This document shows positions 12,667 through 27,720 of a DNA stretch of 64,000 bases, piece by piece. How positions within the stretch are numbered: the first letter of the stretch is position 1; every line of letters begins with the position of its first letter. Under the pieces are notes generated by a model. The model ran no database searches, was not told the origin of the DNA, and worked only from the letters and a program-made list of their open reading frames with translations. A program made the position numbers and the translations under genes. Source of the DNA: Lytechinus pictus (lineage: Eukaryota); the NCBI RefSeq assembly GCF_037042905.1, contig NC_087252.1, positions 18,850,001-18,914,000 of the forward strand, given 5' to 3'.

Positions 12667-12944
12667 TTTTAGTAGTAACAAGTTCAATTAGATTTAGATT
12701 TCTTTAATAGAATAATTAGGCTTTAGCACGAAATAATGATGTTTTAGTTTGAAGAATAAACAATGTTTAAGATAATGACTTTCTAAAACTTTATGTTTTA
12801 GGCGCGGGTGAGATTTTATTTATACCACTGAGCCCGGTTCCTTTTTGTCTTTCTTCCTTACAAAACCCCTGATAAAATGGTTTAAAATGCGTTTTGGCTT
12901 CATGCTTTTGATAATATAAAATGTATTTATGTTGATCATCGCGA

Positions 12945-13823
12945 ACAAGAATCAAAATTCTTGGAGTTATTATACAATCTGATTTGAAATGGAATTTACA
13001 TGTCAATGACTTGGTTAAAAGGTGCAATAGAAAATTATATATGTTAAGGAAACTGAAAAAGTTCAATTTACCTTTGAAGGAATTGGTGACAATATATATG
13101 GGTTATATACGACCAATTTTAGAATATTGTGCTCTAGTTTTCCATAGCAGTCTTACAGCAAAACAAAATAATACTATTGAACGAATACAACGGAGAGTAT
13201 GTAAAATTATCTTAGGACATAATTACATCACATACACAAATGCATGTCAGGTATGTAATTTACCAACACTTGAGGAGAGAAGACTGACACTGTGTAAAAA
13301 GTTTGCAAAATCACTTTCAACTCATTCTTTGTGTAAGACATGGCTACCTCGGAAAAAACATACAAACATATCTCTTCGTCGTACAAACAACTATCAACAA
13401 TTTCCAATAAGAACAACAAGATTTAAAAACAGTCCATTGCCTTTTTTTGGTTGACATACTCAACAAAAGATGAGTGTGTCGACTAGGAAAGGCAATGCAA
13501 AATGGTCATCCCCAACCCACCATACAATTATTTTTGTCATTTAAATAAGTGTCAGTCCCCTCTCCTTCAAGTCTGCCATTATCATATTGTATTCATTCAT
13601 TCATTCATTCATTGCCTTTTATGCTTTATTTAAATTGTATTAACTTTTGAATGTATAGCCTTTTTAATGTATTTTACTGTGGTTTTTACTATGTATTTAA
13701 TAATGTGCCAACACCAACTTGTAAACATGATATTTCCAGCTTTTGCTGTTTTTTCATGTATGATTGTTAACATGTTTGATTATCAATAAAGACCATTTTT
13801 GAATTGAATTGAATTGAATTGAA
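12945..13823 (+). mobile_element. CR1/L2-group LINE, 5'-truncated 3' fragment
   Basis: KILGVIIQSDLKWNLHV...YIRPILEYC...IERIQRR...LPTLEERR...RTTRFKNS is an RT thumb/C-terminus. It is followed by AATAAA and a (TTGAA)n tail. Confidence 0.9.
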
Positions 13824-14562
13824 CTGTTCAGTGTAGCGTTCACAGCGATGAAGTTCATTTGAAATGCGTTTTGAACACTTTTTTGGGATAGAAGCAGAAA
13901 CGTTACAGGCGTATTGTACTAAAATCCACATTTTTTCTGTTTACGCATTATTATGAAGGAGTACACATATCTATATTAATTGGATGAAAGGTTGTCACAA
14001 AAAAGTAATTTTGTCCCGTTTGAAATTTAACAAGCAAGCAACAAAAAATATATATATTATACATGACTATATATATGTCTTTATACCTTATCATGTCATA
14101 GTTTCTCATTTGTAACGGAACTCACATTCGTATTATTGTTTCCCTTTTCACAATTCTCCTCTTCTCTCTTTCTTTTTTTTCTGTCAATCATTTTTTCCCC
14201 TTTTTTTACCTTTTTCTTGTTTTCTCCTTCTTTTACCCGTCTGCATCATCTGCATGCGGAGGGCTCTACTGAAAACCCAAAGCCAAGACTTTTTTGGGGA
14301 AATGAGTTAACAACTGTCGTCTTGACAGGAGTCAGCATCATGGCCCTGGGCAGCAAGCACGCCGCTCCCCTGTTGTTGTTATTTGGGCTGAGCACCTAAA
14401 ATTATGGAGGTAGAAACTCCATGCTAAAACCGAAAAAAAAAAAAAAAAATAAGAACGAAGTGGGTGCTTAAAAAGAGCTCCGCGCCTCTCTTTCAAAATC
14501 GCAACCATGACCCTTACAGTACATGTTGAGAAATATAATATTTATATATGTATATATATATA

Positions 14563-16625
14563 CACACAAAAAAAAAAGTAAGTCCCCCTAAATCAAATTG
14601 CTGTAACTTTTGAACGGAATGATTTTGAGATATGATATTCCGTAGGAGGTTTTTACAGTCATTAAGCAACTCCTGGGGATAAATAAGATTGATCGGTTGA
14701 GTCGTGCATGAGTAATTAAAGATTGAATTAAAAATGACAATTTTTGAAAGTCACAAGAGTCGTTTTTCAGATTGTGCAAATACAAAGTTGGGCAAATGTT
14801 GTCTTTAGGTGAATTTTGTGGTGTTATGCTGTTTTACTATCCATCATTTAGCCACTCCGCACACAATGTTGATATCATATGTTCATGGCTGAGTGAGCAC
14901 AATGTATTGCAGGGGCCGCGGAAGCGGGGGGGGGGGGGGGCTGGGCGGGGAGCTTCAGTCCCCCACCCCACTTTTTTTCCAAAAGCATGTACAAAATGTA
15001 AAAATGACCATACGATTGTGATTTTTTGCATGGTCAGCCCCCCCCCTCTTTAAAAACCCTTCCCCGGCCCCTGTATTGTGACGTATCATCATAGGGGTAT
15101 AGTATCCTCTAAAACTTGTTACATCATGTTAAAATTTGAAAATGTTGGTGGCTCTTCCGATTAAAGGCCCCTCCCCCATTTTAAAATTCTGATTTGTCCA
15201 TGAATTAAACTGATCATGAGAAATTGTTAGGAAAAGAATACATTTATGCAGTATAAAGAGTATTCATTCCTAAGTTTTCGAATGTGCTCGCTCAACCATG
15301 AAAATGTTTAAAGTTCGGAAAGTGTGTGGTGATAGAAATGATGGATGATAAAAAAAATAGCAATTAAAGTCTTATGTGAAACCGAATTTGCCCCCAATAT
15401 TCACTTTATTACCCTTTAAAATGAGTCTGTGACATTGAAAATACAAATTTTCCCACTTTGATGCGTGCTCACTCATCCATAAATAAACAAATCAATTTCA
15501 TTTTTGCACAGAATTCTGCCCATAGGTTGATAAACATTACTGCCAAATGACATTGCTAAAGACAGCCGTGAAAAAAAGCTCCACCATATTGAATAAGGGG
15601 TTACTTATTCTTAAACATGAGCACCCATAATGTACACAAGTCTATGAAAGACGAAGTCAAAATTTTAACAAATATGAAATGAGGGTTTGTTTCATGGACA
15701 GTTTGTGTTACTTCTGCCAATACTTATTTCATGAAACTTCGTACATAGCTTCAGAGTAACACTATCCAAAAGGCGCGCACACCAAAATAACCATTCGATA
15801 CGACACAGAGTGGGGCCAAGGCCGTGAACTTTCTTCTCATTTGCATAATTTTCGAATATTGTGTGCTCACTGATGCATTAAACATCGGGATTTTCATAAT
15901 AATCAAATCAAATGAACTATTCAAGGGGGTTTGTGACAGATATCCATAGTAACAAATTGCATTTTTCCAATAACGTACAAAAGAGCTAATCGCATTCCAC
16001 ATGTTCATTCAAGCGTGGATATTTAATTAAACGCCTTTGAATCATTGAAGCATGTTTATTGGTCATGAACATAACGAAAAAGTTGAAAAAAGATCATTTT
16101 CAGTTCCCAAAATGAACCAATACTTGTCTTTGATATTTGAAATTCGTATTTTTTGTTTTCGATAAATGTTCATTGAACCGTGAAACGATGAATATTGTTG
16201 AAGAAACTCTTCCAAAAATAACTGTCATCATATTCTATCATTTTTATTTATATAAATGTGTAAAAATCAAATTTTAGCAAATTTGGACTTGGGTTTATTC
16301 AACCGTGAAATTTAGCCAAAAAAGTTGCATCGTCTTTTAGAGAGTACCTTTTACAAGCCTTCTGACTATTTTTGATGATGAGAATGTGGAATTAGTTCCA
16401 ATAAAATGGAATCAAAGTCATGATATTTGGCTTGTTACTTTTGAAAAGTGAAATTTTTGCCTTCTGACGGTGCTCACTGAAGCATGAAGTGAAATACGTC
16501 CATAACGTTTACTCAGAGGGTAGCTTATAAAATAACCTACACGCTCATGTAAACATATATAAAGAACTCGCATTGGTTCGGAAATTATTGATGTTTGTTT
16601 AAGGGGGGACTTACTTTATTTGTTG
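14563..16625. mobile_element. Tc1/mariner-like non-autonomous element inserted in (TA)n
   Basis: TIR CACACAAAAAAAAAAGTAAGTCCCCCCTAAA / TTTAAGGGGGGACTTACTTTATTTGTTG, with TA on both sides. Confidence 0.75.
14910..15073. mobile_element. Short CAGGGG...CCCCTG MITE (hAT-like)
   Basis: TIR CAGGGGCCG.GGAA / TTCCCCGGCCCCTG, with TATTG duplicated on both sides. Confidence 0.7.
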
Positions 16626-17197
16626 TATATATATATATATATATATATATAATGTAATATATTAGCATGCACATCACGAAAAGAAAAAAATAAAGTCTAT
16701 GGTATGGGAACAAAAGGAAAACAAGAAAATGGCCCCTAGTTTGAAACTTATTTTAATTCCCCGAAAGCTGGACATTGAAAATTACCTGGGCCAGCACTGC
16801 ATTGCTGTATTTAATGGAAGAGCCTACGCCATTGTCAAGTTTTCTTTCAATTGGGAGATTACCCTTTTCTTGAATTGGGAGATTATCCTATTCCTGAATA
16901 TTGAGGTAGTCCGACTGGTGGGGAATTTCATTGGAAGATCACCACTTTGTCATTAGTGACTGTCTTGATACTTTGTTGCGTTCTCTGTTTGAACGCTGTT
17001 TGCAACTCATCATATTTGGCATAATAATAGTGAAAGCCTAAACTCAACCCTTTTCGTAGATATCGTTTGAAGATACTCATCCTTAGGTAAAATTTGAATT
17101 TGCAAAGGCGATTTATAATATGTAAGCCAAATATGATTTGTTCATAAGTAACTTTAAATTTTGTTACAAAATAAGGTTTCATAAAACAGATGTTTCA

Positions 17198-17290
17198 CAC
17201 TGTAAAAAATGAAGTGCTAATTTAGCTCTTACAGTGCTTGTATAGTGACTGCACTACGAGTGCTAAATTAGCACTTCATTTTTTACAGTG
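17198..17290. mobile_element. 93-bp CACTG-terminal MITE (EnSpm/CACTA-like)
   Basis: Near-perfect hairpin CACTGTAAAAAATGAAGTGCTAATTTAGC. It is absent from the paralogous site near 42750. Confidence 0.8.
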
Positions 17291-17919
17291 TACTCGAAAT
17301 GAACAATAGTTGCAACTTAAATATTTTTGTCAAAGTCATCGAGTGGGTAAGAATCCGACTGAAAAACGCAAGCGTGAATTGCGAGCTCGATTTTTTTTTC
17401 AAAAGGCGGATCCAGCTATCGTTAGTATAAGGGGAGGGCGCAAAATATTTTCATTTTCCTGATCTACTGCACATAGCTTATTTTTGTTGGGTTCCTTAAG
17501 GAGTAGTGTCTGTGATCATAACAATATACGTAATATATTTTTATTGGCCTGATCGAAAATGGATCCATTGGGCACTGATACTGTTAACCATGAAGACAAT
17601 ACATTTTCAACAAGCAAATAATGCTGACGCGAAGCCCGAGCTGAATGAAAGGATGCATAAGTATATTTTTTTTAAATATTGACGCGATGACGAGCAGAAA
17701 TTTTTGATTTACTGAAAAGTTTGTTAGAATTCATACATAAGTAGCCTTTTCATACATGTATCTCACTAATCAAAATGCAAGCGCGTTGCCCTAGCTGATA
17801 TGTTTGACAATCATACCTGAGGTTGCGAAACGTATGGAATATTCGAAGAGAATTGGGCTGCGTTTATGTGACCTCACGCCACAATCATGATTTGAGCAAA
17901 CTGAATCACAATACCGCAG

Positions 17920-18362
17920 AATCAGCGTATAGACAACCTTCATTCTAATGCAGTTTCTCCTCGGATTCGGGCCGGTCCATAGTGCCCATCACAGTGCGCA
18001 GTTTGACAGAGGAAGGGCAACTTTTTTCGCACGTGTTTCGGCTCTCGAAAAATCAATCTTTTGCTTCCAGAATTTAGTCATTTATACCTCATTTTGTTTC
18101 CTTCTATTCATATTGTCGGTTTATCAAAACTGGTGTTCGGAATTGAATTTCACCTTAGATCCAATTAAATAATATTGGCACTGTTAACTCAACAACAACT
18201 GATATCACTATCCAGTTAGTTCATTTAATAGAACTTGAAAACAGTGCACGATGCGATGACCAACACAAAGGTTGAAGTCAAATGCACCTGACAAGAAATG
18301 GTGGCATGGAACATACGTACATACACTGAGCAATGACCATATAGCGTGCGCCTTGAGCCTGG
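17920..18362 (+). pseudogene. Possible decayed C2/I-type Ig exon
   Basis: Fragments in different frames (CPSQCAV*QRKGNFFRTC, SELNFT, VNSTTTDITIQLV, TKVEVKC, YSVRLEP) fall in the order expected for an Ig constant-type domain. Recognised by eye only. Confidence 0.35.
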
Positions 18363-19273
18363 AAAATGAATCACACCGAAAGTAGCCATGTTACAACCGA
18401 TAATTGCCACTTTTAGCAAACCACGGGGTTGCGGCATAATAGGGTGCCGTAACACAAAAGTTTTTTTTACGATTTTTACGATTGACTGTACATTATATTC
18501 AATGGAACCGATCGTAGAAAAAAAATCATTGCTAAGCTTTGTGTTACGGTCTCTAGATCTGCGTTTCGTGTGCAACATTCAATCATGCGACACCATGTAT
18601 GCCATTCGCAAATTGTTAGAGCTCTCTTGTACGTGCGATTGCTCATCGAGCATGCCCCAGGACTCCGGCCGCGCCGGTAGGCTGAAGATTTCATTAGAAA
18701 TCATGTGCGCACATGGTGTGTTATAAAATGGATAAGAAAGTGTTTTTTTAACAAATCGAGTACGTATTCAGTGGGGAAAAACTTACTGAATTAAGGCTTA
18801 GGTATATATCATTAAAGTCCATACAATCGATATTGCATCTAATGTGGATTATTGGTGGATAGCTGGCAATTAAATCCGTTGATCACATTGACCTCTCGAG
18901 CTAAACCATTTCGCAGCGTTATCTGCTTGCACAGCAAATCTGTCCTAAACAGATCCGGATTTTTCTTTTTCTTTTGCTGGCTCTTCCTACACAAACGGCA
19001 AGCCATCTCGCATACAATGTGTAGGACATTATGCCCGTGTGCAAGAATTGCAAGTTTGACCGAAAAGACGTAGCTTTCCGAACCACGCTCGCAAAATATA
19101 TCACTTTTTTCAATACATATTTCAAATATCGTTTTTGACACACTTATAACGCTACATATCCGTAACGTGCCCACTTTTGAAAATGAAATCCCTCTTTACG
19201 CGTGGTCGCGCCTGGTATCCACTCGTTGATGGAGGTGGCACCTCCGGGTGGTTTCATCGAGCTCTGGGAGGAA

Positions 19274-19402
19274 CAGGGGCGTCGATCCATTTTTCAGATT
19301 GGGGGGGCAAGATCATGAATCAACTTTCCAAAGGCGCTCGATCACACAAAACAAACAGACTCAAACACACACACACATAAATGCCTATATGTATATATAT
19401 AT

Positions 19403-19459
<57 letters not shown>

Positions 19460-19998
19460 TATACACACACACACATCTCACCAACAAATTAAATTTTAAA
19501 ATATTTAAAAAATAATAGATGCGAGCGCGAAGCGCGAGCTGAAAATTTTGTTATTTTGATCTTAAAAAAGAAGAAGTTTAATTGACGTTTTTAATAAAGA
19601 ACAAGAAATATATCCAACAAAAGATTAATGCAAATCGAAGTGGGAGTTCTTTTGAGGTATAGAACTGAAAACGGGACATTCTATTCACCTATTCAATCAT
19701 GAAAAGTATGGGTTTTTGCTACAGAAATGATGCGAGCGCGAAGCGCGAGCTGAAATTTTTTTATATTCTAATCTGAAAACCGGACATTTTGAGCACGATT
19801 TTAGATGAAGAACGAGTTGTGTATCTCAATCTCGCTTGCTGATTTCTGTGTAACATTACAATCTTATTTTATTTTTTGCACATGCGGAATTATTGGGGGG
19901 GGGGGCAAAACGATATGTTTGCCCCCCCCCAATATTTTCATTGGTGGGGCGGTTGCCCCCCCCCCCTGCCCCCCCCCCCCCCATGATCGACGCCTCTG
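19274..19998 (+). mobile_element. hAT-superfamily MITE
   Basis: TIR CAG(G/A)GGCGTCGATC and a perfect 8-bp TSD GGGAGGAA. Internal (TA)n and GCGAGCGCGAAGCGCGAGC motifs. Confidence 0.9.
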
Positions 19999-20304
19999 GG
20001 GAGGAACCAAATGTGGCTCTGCAAGCTCGTCCTAAATCGGATATGTCGCTATTATCGTAGTATTTTGCACAAGAACCGCAGATTGAATGTTTCCGTGGTG
20101 GATGCGAAAGGTAAGCAAATTCTCTTGTCACACAACTTGCATTGCTGGACATTATTTTACGACGGGCCCAAAATTAACTACCGTCGTAAATATGCGTTCG
20201 CGTTCTCCAGCGAAAAGTCGGGAATGTCTCAGCAACGCAAAATGTCGCAGATTGCGACATTATGCCAAGAGTGTCCAACGCAAATGTCGCAGTCAACGCA
20301 TAAA

Positions 20305-20736
20305 CATGGGCGGAAATCTGTCCCCAAAAATAGGGGGACCAGGGGCAAAAAATTTGACCGGAACAAAAAAGTTATCACGCAACATGTACGATCATTCCTT
20401 TAAAAAAATGACAAGCAAAACAAAATAATAATAATAAATAAAACATAATGATAATAAAAAGGTTATCACCCAAAATTAAATGTAATTTTGTCCAAAATAA
20501 ATTTGACAAGCACAAAAAAAGAAATCGTTTTCTCTTTCAGGGGGGGGGGGGGGTAAACTTTGGAAAGAACGTTTTTTGTTATTGCTCTCAAGGGGCGGGG
20601 CACCAGCTGGCTTTTTTACATCCTAAGAGACCACAAATAGTAGGGGAGTAGGGGGACATTTGATTGTGTCCCTCCCACCCCCCTTTCCAAATGGTAGAGG
20701 GACGCGTCCCCCTGTCCCCCTGGGATTTCCGCCATG
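20305..20736. mobile_element. hAT-like MITE
   Basis: TIR CATGGGCGGAAATC / GATTTCCGCCATG. 8-bp TSD CGCATAAA/CGCATAAT (7/8 match). Confidence 0.75.
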
Positions 20737-22419
20737 CGCATAATCTTCATTTTCTAACGCATAACGTCGCAACGCATAATGTTGCAGCATATTTCTAACG
20801 CATAACGTCACACGTCGCAACGCATAATGTCATATTGGACTCAGTTACAGATAAGATAAAACAAAATGTATTCACTCAGTATTTTGTTCAAGCTAACGTT
20901 TATGAATATGTGTTTGTTTGGGGCAGGCGCGGGTGCAGGGGAGCAGACCCAGTATATATATAGAATTCATTATCAGGAGGAGGGAAGGGTGGATATGTAT
21001 TATTACTTATTTTGCGAGAGAGTGAAGACACTAAATACCTCTTTATGGTGTTTTGGAGACGATTTTTAATACAAATTTAACTATATGTCATCGTTCTTCA
21101 CGACGTTTTAATTATATTTAGTATTGTTAATCGGAATTTGTATCGTAAGAACAATTATTTCAAACGAAAAATTTCCCGAGGGTGGGGAAGCTCGTAAAAC
21201 AATAATTTACATAGCTTTACCTCATCATAATTTTCGTTCTCTCTTCCAATTTCCCTTCCAATTATATTCATTTGTATGGGAGGAGGGGGGGTCGAGGGTC
21301 ATTCGGCTTCCATATTCAAAGGTTTGCAGGGAAATTCACGACCCTTGTTTTAATGCTGGAATTGTAAGTCTATACACTATCGACCCTTTTATTTTATTTT
21401 TTCTCTTATTTCTTGATCATATATTTCCCTGTCCCTCATGTATTCATTTAGTTTTCATTTTGTTTACCCCCCCCCCCCCTCTCTCTCTCTTTCTGTTGAG
21501 ACACGATAAAAAAATTAAATGATTTGGAAATCAGGATTACACTTTGTACGTATATATATATACTTCGATTTAATTGCCATTTCGTCTACTGCCACTCTGT
21601 CCACTATCACATGGTTTAATATCATTTCGTCTACCATCAGTTAGTCCACTATCAACATAGAATATGCAATTGGTTTTATATATGAATCACGTTGTTTTTT
21701 AGCAATTCGGGGCCTGACATGCATTTGTTGAGTAATATCATAATCGCATACTCATGTAGCATCCCCTAACGTTATGGCTTGGCCCTGCCATGTTTATAGA
21801 TTTATCATAGAAATTTTTGAGAGGGCCATTGAAGTCCCCTGATATTGTAATGGTTAAGGTTTGCTATCTGATTATCTTATACTGTTTAATGTACTTTTCT
21901 TCATATTTACAAAGCGCAAAGTTTCACCTGCTTTCGTGTGTACCTCAATAGTACGATGTCAGTTTTACAGTCTAAGCCTATTTTAAAAATATTATCGTGC
22001 CTGTGCATCACTTCCATTACATTCAAGTACTCTATATGAGCTTATTTTAAATCGTGTTTATTTCCTTGTCCAAAAAGTGAGCACAACACTCAGATATCTT
22101 TGCTGAAATGAGAATATTCTTAATATGGATTGATGTGCACAATTGAACTCGGAAGAACGGAACATGACAAAGAGATGGAAAAAGGGAGAATAAAGGGGGA
22201 AAGAAAAAGGAGAAAAAGAGTGGTGTTGAGAAAGAGTTGTAATTAGTACAAAGAAAATAAAGGTCATTATGCCTATATGAAAATTTTCATCTAGTGGTCT
22301 GGTGACCGGCAATAAAAAAGGCCAAGTTCACCATGACAAATAGCTTATTGTGAAAATTTATAACAGAAAAAATAATTAAAAATAAGGTTGGGGCAGTCAA
22401 TCGTTTCGTTGATTTGTCA

Positions 22420-25400
22420 TGTTGTGTTGTGTTGAATCCTGCTGGAGTTTTTCCCCCTTTTCGACCAAATCTTGGAATTTATTTACCATATAGACACATA
22501 GACTGTAAGTATCACCTTTGTAAGATTGACTTTAATTAACAATGTGAACAATTTTTCTTTATTATTGGAGTATAAGCCAGGAAAGATCTTGTTGATGTGG
22601 AAACTTTTGTGTGTCTGGATTTCATCTACAGTCCAACGTATATGATTCAGTGATGTTCAAGTGATCTAGAACTCTTCGTCTTGTTTATAAACGCTGAAGG
22701 TGACCTTCAAGTTCATTGCACTTTCCTACACTTGAATTACTACTGCATGTAATAACCATTGTTCACCATATATTATTCTGAACAATATTATTTGAGAGTG
22801 AAAGCCTACTTAATCGCATTTCAACATAATAAGCTTAGGTTTTTTTCATTCTGAACAATGGCTGGTTCATCCCCTTCATCAAGCTCAATGAACACTAGAC
22901 AAACTGCAGATGTAACATGCCAAGTGATTAAAGACCTCCTACAGAATGAAGAGGTCGTTAAGATTCTTGATTCCGCTGTCAGTAGAGCTGTTGATTAAGA
23001 AAATGTCAGAGTCAATTGAGCCCTTGAACAAACTGCAGAGCTCCATCTACGATCTGCAAACACATATGGATAACAAGAATATAGAAATTTAGAATTTAAC
23101 AAAAATCACACAATCAAAATGCTTGATCGAAGTATGAACAATCCGGAACAATTTTCTTGTAGGTCATGTTTCAGGATCCTAGGGGAAAATGAAATAAATG
23201 GTGAAAATACTGACACTGTTGTGTCTGACATTTGCCAGTCTAAACTTGGAGTACAGATTGACGTAAGCAAATACATCGATAGACCGCGTCGAACAGGGAG
23301 ATTAAGGTCCCAGTCCTCGGACAATCCATTGCCACCACGCCCAATTATCGACAAATTGACTTCCTATAGGAAAAGGAAAGAAATTCTGCAAAAAAAGAAA
23401 ACTCTTAAAGGGATCGGGTATCGTCATCGTTGAAGATCTTACTACAAGAAGTCAGAAATTGTTGAAGAAAACACGTGAACACAGAAAAGTTGTACAGTGT
23501 TGGTCATCAGATGGTCGTATCATCGCTCTGCTATTAGCTCAAGGAGGGAAGACCATGACTAAGCTGATTACCTGCGAAGAAGACTTGAAAATACTATAAC
23601 GTATCAAACTGAATGTAAACAAATGAAAAGGAAATACATGCATGGGCAATGTGTTATGTATATGTACCCTGGTGGACTCCTATATGTTGACTGCTTTTGA
23701 ACTGATACTGAACTTTTTTTTATACATTTCCATGTATTTCTAACGAGATTGCTCTGATATTAAAAAGATGGACTTTATATGTTGTGAAATGATTTTATAA
23801 TGTATCTTTCTTCTTTTCTTCTCTTTTCTCAAGTTCTTCTCTTCTGTCTTTCCTCTCTTCTAATACTTGGCTTGTTTCAAAACTTTAATCGTACATGTTT
23901 CTGTCAGTAATTAACAGTGACTCCTCTCCAGTGAATTTTGATAATCATTGGTTAAATGTTCAATTTGTAGCATTACAGAAAACATTTATAATTTGAAACA
24001 GGATTTGCTTAGCTTCAGAAATGATGTAACAAACAATAACTATTTATGTAACGAATGCTTAAGTGCAATTATTCCTTTTAGTAATATTAATGATGAACAA
24101 TTATATGATACTTGCCATATGTCTCTTAATGACCGTAGAAATAAGTTTTCAGATTCATCCCTACATAAAATGATTAATAATGGCACACCGAATTTATCCT
24201 TGAATAATGATGAGCCTTTTGATCCTATTAATTTGTCAGATCAGTATCTTACTGTAAAACATTTAATGAAAACAGATCAACAGATCATTAGGTAAACACA
24301 TTTTATTGTACATCTCAATTGCAGAAGTCTTACTAAAATTTTCAAAAATTTAGACATATTTTTTAATGAAATTGAACATCAGTTTGATATTAAAGGAATA
24401 TCAAAGACTTGGCTAAATGATTCATCTCCTTTAACAATGTTTCAATTAGAAGGTTATTTATTTGAACATAAACACAGAGTTGGTAAAAAAGGTGGTGGAA
24501 TTGGAATGTATGTGCATTACAAAATTAATGATTTAGCTACGCAATACAGTACTTTTGAATCGTTATTCATTGAAGTTCCCCCAAAAGCGTAAAAATTAAT
24601 TAACTGGCGTCATTTATCGCCCTCCTGATAAATCTGTTGATGGTTTCTTAGAAGATTTCACAAATGTATTTCAAAACAATATTATGAATAATTATGAATG
24701 CTACATCATGGGTGATTTCAGCCAAGATATGTTAAAAATTTCACAAAATATTAAAATCGATGCTTTTTTCGATTTGATACTTTTTTTATTTTTTCAATCT
24801 GCTTATTGGTGCACCGACTCGTATTACAGCTTCATCTCTCACTTTGTTGGATAATATTTTTGTCGACTCATAATTACTTATCAATGCTGGTATTCTCATA
24901 TCTGACATACATGTAAGCGACCATTTACCTGTTTTTTTTGCAATTACTGGTTCGTTAACAAGTGTGCCACATGAATCTATTTATACTATACGCTGTATTA
25001 ATGATGACAATTAATATGTTTTATAGTGAAGTTCAAAATCTGTCATTAAATTTAACTGATGATGTAAATAGTTCGTACAATTCATTTGTCAAAAATTCTA
25101 CCAATTTATATAATACGTTTTTTATGAAAAAAAGAACGTCAACAGAAAAAGATATGTAATAAACGAGTATGGATGACACATAATTTAAAAAAGCTCTGCC
25201 AGAAAAAGTCACAACTTTATTAAAAGTTTTTACAATATCCTACACAGTATCGTGAGAAAGCATACAAAAGAATCAGAAATTATGTAACCTTAAAGCTTAG
25301 GCAAGCTTAGAGTAATTTTTATTTCAAGAAATTCAATGATTTCTAAGACAATACAAGAAAGACTTCGCTATGTATTAATACAATTTTGGGAAAAAACAAA

Positions 25401-26810
25401 AGCTCTTCTTCAAGTATTAATTCTATAAAACTGAATGGTGAAATTGTAACTAATAAAGAAGCAATTGCAAATGCCTTTAATGATTTCTTTGCTACAATTG
25501 GTACTTAATTGTCTTCTAAACACATTAATAATTCTAAATTAATTTTCCATCTTATCTAGATGACCCCAATTCGCAATGGTTATATCTCGAACCAATAAAA
25601 CCAAGTGAAATAATTGGTATAGTTTTAACAATGAAAAACAATACAAGTTCTGGTCAAGATGCTATAGGTATCAAAGTTGTCAAGAAAAGAATTCGTTTAC
25701 CAGTCATTTGTTAAATGTTTAGCCATACTTTTAACTGTAGAAGATCTACTAAGAAATATCCTGACTTAATGAAAATAGCCAGAGTAACCCCAATTTACAA
25801 AAAGGTGATACGAGGGAACTTAATAATTATAGATATTATATTATATGATAGAGTTGTTTCTTTTGTTTTTATAAACCCCAAATTCTTTTCTGTACTCAGT
25901 TTGGTTTTAGATGTGGGCACTCCACATCTTTTGGAATATTAATTGATTCATAAAATTACACAAGCAATAGAAAGTAAAGAATATACATTGAAAGTTTTAT
26001 TGATTTGTCTAAAGATTTTGACATCACTCAATTTTATTTCATAAATTGCATTACTATGGAATCAGAGGTATTTTTTTTAATTGGTTTCGAATTTATTTGA
26101 ATGAACGACAACAGTATACAGTTATAGATAGTGTGGAACCAAAATACAATACAAAAAGATGTGGAGTGCCACAGGGCTCTATACTTGGTCCCCTACTGTT
26201 TTTGATTTACATAAATGACTTGCCAAATTGTTCAACCTTACTAAATTACATATTATTTGCAGACGACACCAGTATTTTCCTTTCCAATCCTGATCCAACT
26301 CAACTTATCAATACCATGAACACCCACTTAATAAAATTACATCAATGGATGTGTGCCAATAAGTTGACTATAAATGTAGATAGAACTAATTATGTAATAT
26401 TTGGTACACGTAAAATTAGTAATAACATCCCAAATACATATTATAATTATCGTATTATTAATAGAGTGTCAAGTACTAAGTGCTTAGGTGTTATTATTTA
26501 CGATAAGTTGTCTTGGAATAATCATATAAGTCATCTATGTGGTACCATATCTAGAAATATCGAAATTCTTAGGAAATTATCATTTTAGCCCTGAAATGTT
26601 CTTAAATTATTGTAACATTCTTTAATATCTTCTCGTTTAAGTTATTGTTCCACAGTGTGGGGCTTTTTATCAAAATATAATCTTAATCTTATATTTCGTC
26701 TACAAAAAGGGCACTATTTAAAGAGTTATAACACATTCTCATCATTTACATCCTTCTTCCCCACTATTTTCCAAAATGAATATTCTTTCAATCCATAGTA
26801 TTATTTCGAT
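22420..26810 (+). mobile_element. Near full-length decayed LINE (CR1/L2 group, Crack/Daphne-like): ORF1 plus APE-RT ORF2
   Basis: ORF1 remnant 22858-23600 (EQFSCRSCFRILG..RPII..EDLT..WSSDGRI). ORF2 has a Cys-rich start (CNECLSAIIPF), APE motifs (HLNCRSL, GGGIGMY, IYRPP, MGDF, PTRIT, SDHLPV) and RT motifs (GVPQGSILGPLLFLIYINDL, LFADDT). Many stops and frameshifts. Boundaries approximate. Confidence 0.9.
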
Positions 26811-27720
26811 TTCCTGGTTTTCAAGATGGCCGCCGACGTGTTTGTTAGACCACTTGGGGCCGGCAGTTTTTTTTTAATTGATGCCCAAATCGACGCTTTT
26901 ATGCCAAATGTCACTGCCGCAGTTCATATAAAACTCGAGAAAATGAGTACAATTATATGTCATGGCCGCCATCTTGGATTTCAAGATAACCGCCAATTTG
27001 CCGCCCACCAGGTGATCATATTGATGAGGGCCAGCAATATTTTAAATCATTGCTTCAAAACACCCCTATATGCCCCATTCCAGTTTCACATATCCTTTAA
27101 CACAAAAATTGATAATGAATTTTAATGGCGTTCATCTGGATTTCAAATGGCGGCCGACCCAATGATCAGATCGCTTGGGTTCGGCAATTTTTTTTACATG
27201 AGTGCCCCCAAATACCCCCATATGCCATATTGGACATTTTCTGCCAGATTTGAGCATCTTTTTCACATATCTTTCGGACGAACACAAATACAAATTCTGA
27301 AAAACTCTCACACAAACTTTAAAAACGTTCAGATGAAAGAACTTGAACAAAATACTGAGTGAAAACATATCTTATATCTTATATGTAACTCGAGTCCTGA
27401 AGAAAATACCGCTGTGACCTTATGCGTTGGGACTTGTGACGCCCACCAGGTGATCATATTGATGAGGGCCAGCAATATTTTAAATCATTGCTTCAAAACA
27501 CCCCTATATGCCCCATTCCAGTTTCACATATCCTTTAACACAAAAATTGATAATGAGTTTTAATGGCGTTCATCTGGATTTCAAATGGCGGCCGACCCAA
27601 TGGTCAGATCGCTTGGGTTCGGCAATTTTTTTTTAAATGAGTGCCCCCAAATACCCCCATATGCCATATTGGACATTTTCTGCCAGATTTGAGCATCTTT
27701 TTCACATATCTTTCGGACTA
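26810..27720. mobile_element. DNA-transposon end rich in CAAGATGGC(C/G)GCC motifs (possibly Academ-like, ends ...GGACTA)
   Basis: Repeated AAGATGGCCGCC/GGCCGCCATCTTG motifs. It truncates the LINE 3' end. Superfamily is only inferred from the CTA terminus. Confidence 0.4.

Noticed and set aside
12800..12945. Possible start of a C-type Ig exon cut by the LINE
   Set aside because: The resemblance (PLSPVP..C..C) is too weak to support without an alignment.
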